64,000 bases of DNA from Psammoneis japonica (Eukaryota). The notes beneath the pieces are model-generated. The model saw only the letters and a list, made by a program, of their open reading frames with translations. It made no database searches and was not told the DNA's origin. The stretch spans positions 62,001-126,000 of the forward strand of contig QPGO01000010.1 in the NCBI GenBank assembly GCA_008632985.1, read 5' to 3'. The translations under genes were made by a program, and so were the position numbers. Shown here one piece after another: positions 60,127-64,000 of this stretch (the stretch's first letter is position 1; every line of letters begins with the position of its first letter).

Positions 60127-61729
60127 GGTAATAGCTAAGACGCAGTGCAAGTTGATTTCGCAAACTGTTCACTTTTTTGTGCATCGATGCGTCCAAAACG
60201 AGGGTACTTCACCAATCTTTTGCGATTTTGTTGCTCCGCTGATTTCTCGTGAATTTGTGTGAGGAGGGTCCCGCGGCACCCACCGCCATAAACAATGCTT
60301 CTCTGGTACGATTTTACGTGCTCAACGGGCAAATCCCGAACATGATGACGTAGGTTGAAATGGGGCAATATTGATTTTGTATATTTACAAATGTTCAGAT
60401 CATTAGGAAATGGTATTATTTGAGAAAAGAAGAATCCTGTTGGGCCTCTTCGCGCGTTTTTGGTGCTCTTTGTCGGCGGCAGTTCTGGCTAGAGTTCAAA
60501 AAAAAATGCGGAGATCAGATGATGGCGACGATGACCGTGGCTTCTGGCCTGTCCCGTGGTTCTTGCGAGGATGGTGGCACAGGCCAACGCAAGAGAACAC
60601 AAACCCACCACACTTCTGATCACTCATTGATCAAAAAATTGCTCATGAGAGGCAGTGTGGCACCGCCACCATGCAGCCGCTTCCGAGCCGCTGGAACCGC
60701 CACCACGTTTCATTTTTCTGTGGGGGGCTCTTGCAGTTGGCCTTGGTGCTGGTGTTGAGTTTCTGATGACTTGCCAATGAATCCCAACAAAGGCTGTTCT
60801 GTGAAGCACGAGAAAGAGAGCTGCGGTGTGCACTCATTTGCAACAAAAGCCGCTGTGCAGTGTCCAATTGTTGGCGCGGAGACAGGCTTCCACTGTGACC
60901 AGCATCCAGCATGCCACATCGCGTTGAACACAACATCACACCACCATTCTTTGTGGAGATGGATCAGGGAAGTTCCCACACATGTCATGCATCAGGCGGG
61001 TGTTTGCCCGCAGCAGCATGGCTGGTCACGGCAGTCTTTGATGAGTGACAGAACACCAAAGGTCAATGAGGATGGTGGCATGACAGACTCCCCAAGCACT
61101 GGGACTGTGATGACAAAAAATCAAAAAATGCAAAACATCAAAAAATCCTCAACAACATCAAGTGGTTGTGAGAAAGGCAGTTGACGAGGAGGTCATTGTC
61201 AGAGACAACAAGATCGAAGCAACTCATTCATTGTCAGCACAAAGAAGCAGCCATTGATGTCACACACATTTGCAATGAAGGATTGTGCACAAAATTAGCA
61301 TGGAACCCAAAGGCAAGCCATGTGTCACGTGCTCATTCCACGTTGGCATTCGAGTTGACCTTGATGATGCCACGGTTGCATGCAGACAACAAGAACTCGG
61401 GCAGATCCAGCAAGGATGATTTTCAGATAGAAGCGGTTGACACCAGAGTGCAAACAAAACTCGTCAGACTTTTTAAGTTGACAGTGCAGTGTGCTGCGCA
61501 TTCAACAATGTGGTCTTGACTTGACAATCTCTGTGAAGTGTTCACATTTGATGGTGCAATTCTGTCCACTGCATTCTAGTGCATTGTCTTTGGAAATTCT
61601 TTTGCCGGTTTGAAACTGACTGCTTGCAAGCATCTGTTGCACTCCAGCACTTCTGGCAATGTGTCTTTGTGATTGGACAAAAAGGATTCAACTGCCTCAA
61701 TGGCCAGCAGTGCACAGGCAGCATGCAGG

Positions 61730-62205
61730 CTCCCACCACCACCAGTGCTGCAGCAGCAGTGCACAGGGAGGACCTGCTGCCACCAGTGCCAGTGGTGTGC
61801 TGTGCCGGCATGGGCTCCATCCACCACCAGTGCCAGCCACAACCCAGTTCCCACTGCCACCAGTGCCAGCAGCAACCAGGCTCGACTGCCGCCAGTGCTG
61901 GTGGCAAAAAGATTCCAACCACCACAAGTGCCAGCAGCATGCAGAGGCACCCACAGCCACCAGACAAAAAGGCTCCAACCAGCTCAAATGCTGGCAGTGC
62001 ACACGCTCCAACTGCCTGGACCAGTGCCAGCAGCTGTGCAGGTTTCCACTGCCACCAGTGCCAGCAGCAAAAATGCTCTGACCATCACAGGTGCCAGCAG
62101 CAGATGAAAAAGCTCCAAATGCCTTGATTGCTGGCAGTGCACACGGCCCAATGCCTTGGCCAGTGCCAGCAGCTGCACAGGTTCTCACCACCACCAGCAG
62201 CTCAA
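61730..62205. repeat. Degenerate minisatellite (core ccaccagtgccagcagc)
   Basis: The core or variants recur about ten times between 61735 and 62200. Confidence 0.8.
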
Positions 62206-62397
62206 AACAACAGATGAGCAGTTGCAATTTCTGACACACTGACAAAAATGGGAAAACAGTGTGCCTTGCTTGTCAATCAAGCACTCTCCAAGGCCAGCTG
62301 TCAACCAAAATGGGGGAATCTGCATGCCTTGGCTGTTGGGAACAGCGTGGGCACATCTGCGCCATTTCGTGAGAGCTGTGGGGACATCATTGCCTTC

Positions 62398-62678
62398 AGT
62401 CTTTCTGGATCTGGACATGAAACTGGAGAAGACAGATGCACCATCAGCAAGGGCATCAAAAACCAATGAACCTCTTTTTGCACATGCCTTGTTTGAAGTG
62501 TGTCATTTGTGGCAAGCATCATTTCAAGTGTGAGCTGTGGGAACAAGCACTGCCTGCAGTCTTTCTGGTGGGATCTGGGCACAAAAATTGGAGAAGACAG
62601 GTGAATTGTCAGCGCACATTAAAAACCAATGAACCTCTTTTTGTGCATGCCTTGTTTGAAGAGTGTCACTTGTGGCAA
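62398..62678. repeat. Two-copy ~163-bp tandem repeat
   Basis: agtctttctgg...ggagaagacag...aaaaaccaatgaacctctttttg...gccttgtttgaag...tgtggcaa occurs twice. Confidence 0.85.
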
Positions 62679-64000
62679 CTCACAATGATTCTGGGTGCAA
62701 AACTCTGACACACGCAAATGTGCCAACACTGCAAAAAAGTTTTTGTGATGTGCGTGCACACAACAACATGCTGGCTTGGCATTCTGGATGATGATTCTTT
62801 GATGTGGCAGATTTGTGACAGCACACTCATTGTCATGAAACTCAAGCAATGCCCCAATCAAAACCCATCTTGACCAACCAGAAGGACAGCAGGGGGGTCT
62901 TGCCACATGTTGAGCTGCTGTCATGGCCAATGAGGCAAAGTCTTTCACCACCATGGCAGGTTGTTAATTTGCAGATTTGCAACCACACATGGAATCCATG
63001 TGAATCACAGCAGCGCATGCTTTGGCTTTTCAACATTTTGGGAGAGGGTGTGCTGTTGTGAAGTGTGCAGAAAATTGTGCATGTAAAAAATGCACTGAAA
63101 ATGCAGCAGACCGACAGGCCATGCAAATCTGGGAAGCATGAAGAAAAATTTAAAATGGAGGGTGGGTCACGTGCGTGCAAAAAGTGGGCTGCACACGTGC
63201 AAACACACGATGTGAGTTGAGGAGGACCAAAGTGGAAACCAAGTTGAATTTGATGACTGTCAAAAGGAAACCAAACCATGCATCACAAAACACAGATGTC
63301 CTCTGTTCTAATTGATGAAATCAAACATTGCACGTGCATTTGATTGAAGCTTGTGCAAGAAAAGCCAGTGAGACATCAGATGAAACACAAAAAAATCTGC
63401 AATTTGTTGAGCACTGTTGCCGGCAGTTTTCAAATTTTGCTTGTCAACAATTTTGCCAATGCACATTAAAAAAATTTACAAAGGAAAGTGGAAACCACTT
63501 TGTTGCAGCCTCTGATGTCAACACACCCATGAATGAGGGCAAAGCAGCAGAGTGCAGCATCACAGCAGACAGCTCACTGTGGTTGATGGCAGCAGCATGA
63601 GCCTGGTTCATGGCAGAAGGCAGATGTTGGAAAAAGGTCTTGCCCAACTCAGAGAGAGGAAGAAAGTGAGGGCAACAGTGCAAGGGGTAAAAAGTGAGCA
63701 CCAGTGTGTGGAGAAATTGCTCAGGAAGTGAAGCTTTTGCCAATGTCATGTCAGCTCCACAAATGGAACCTTCGCTGAATCCCATGCGTGCTTGTCTGTG
63801 GAATGAAAACAGGAGCAGCACCAAAGTTCAAACCCACATGATGGGTTCCCCATTGGTTTGCCCATTGGTGGGACTCAATGGCATCTTAGACTGCATTCCA
63901 AGGATGCACTCCTCATGAGAAAAGGCACCATTTGAGACAGGTGTGGCAAAATGGGCCAGAGTGGTCCCCACAACAAGCGGACCCAATTGGGGTTTAGAAC

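Larger units (their letters stand above)
60500..64000. other. TpA- and CpG-depleted relic repeat domain
   Basis: Very few TA or CG dinucleotides, with internal tandem repeats and Tyr-free Cys/His-rich short ORFs. Confidence 0.7.

Noticed and set aside
61730..62205. Short repeats with variable intervening sequence, superficially CRISPR-like
   Set aside because: The repeats are degenerate and irregularly spaced, the intervening sequences resemble each other, the context is eukaryotic and there are no cas genes.
23203..64000. Classical RIP or CpG deamination as the explanation for TG/CA-rich repeats
   Set aside because: RIP creates TpA, and CpG decay cannot turn conserved Tyr codons into Cys/His. 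Copies retaining TA fix the direction.

Overview
Gene-dense eukaryotic DNA with short GT-AG introns, most likely from a pennate diatom. The clues are a diatom-style APS kinase/ATP sulfurylase fusion relic, a CoDi-like copia gag and bipartite-type organellar presequences. Recognisable genes are an IQ-motif protein running off the left edge, a DUF2306-like membrane protein, three paralogous small membrane proteins, a MAPEG protein, a large NB-ARC/TPR protein, CSN6, an ankyrin protein, an LRR protein, a DHHC palmitoyltransferase, arginyl-tRNA synthetase, an FHA/RINGv protein and six sulfotransferase-like genes plus one pseudogene. The most striking feature is a set of sharply bounded domains (about 23.2-24.9, 29.6-32.0, 34.6-42.9, 54.0-56.3 and 60.5-64.0 kb). 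They hold transposon relics, tandem repeats and duplicated genes in which almost every TpA has become TpG or CpA. Comparisons between copies inside the window fix the direction as A:T->G:C at TpA, the opposite of fungal RIP. They also show reciprocal TG versus CA outcomes at the same ancestral site, an apparent preference for TAY/RTA over YTAR, spreading into flanking DNA, and TpA loss preceding CpG loss. This looks like a repeat-targeted adenine hypermutation (genome-defence) system that I do not know from the literature. No candidate enzyme is visible in the window. Several genes carry single-base homopolymer frameshifts that look like assembly errors, so read-level confirmation matters. All comparisons were made by eye; no counts or database searches were run.
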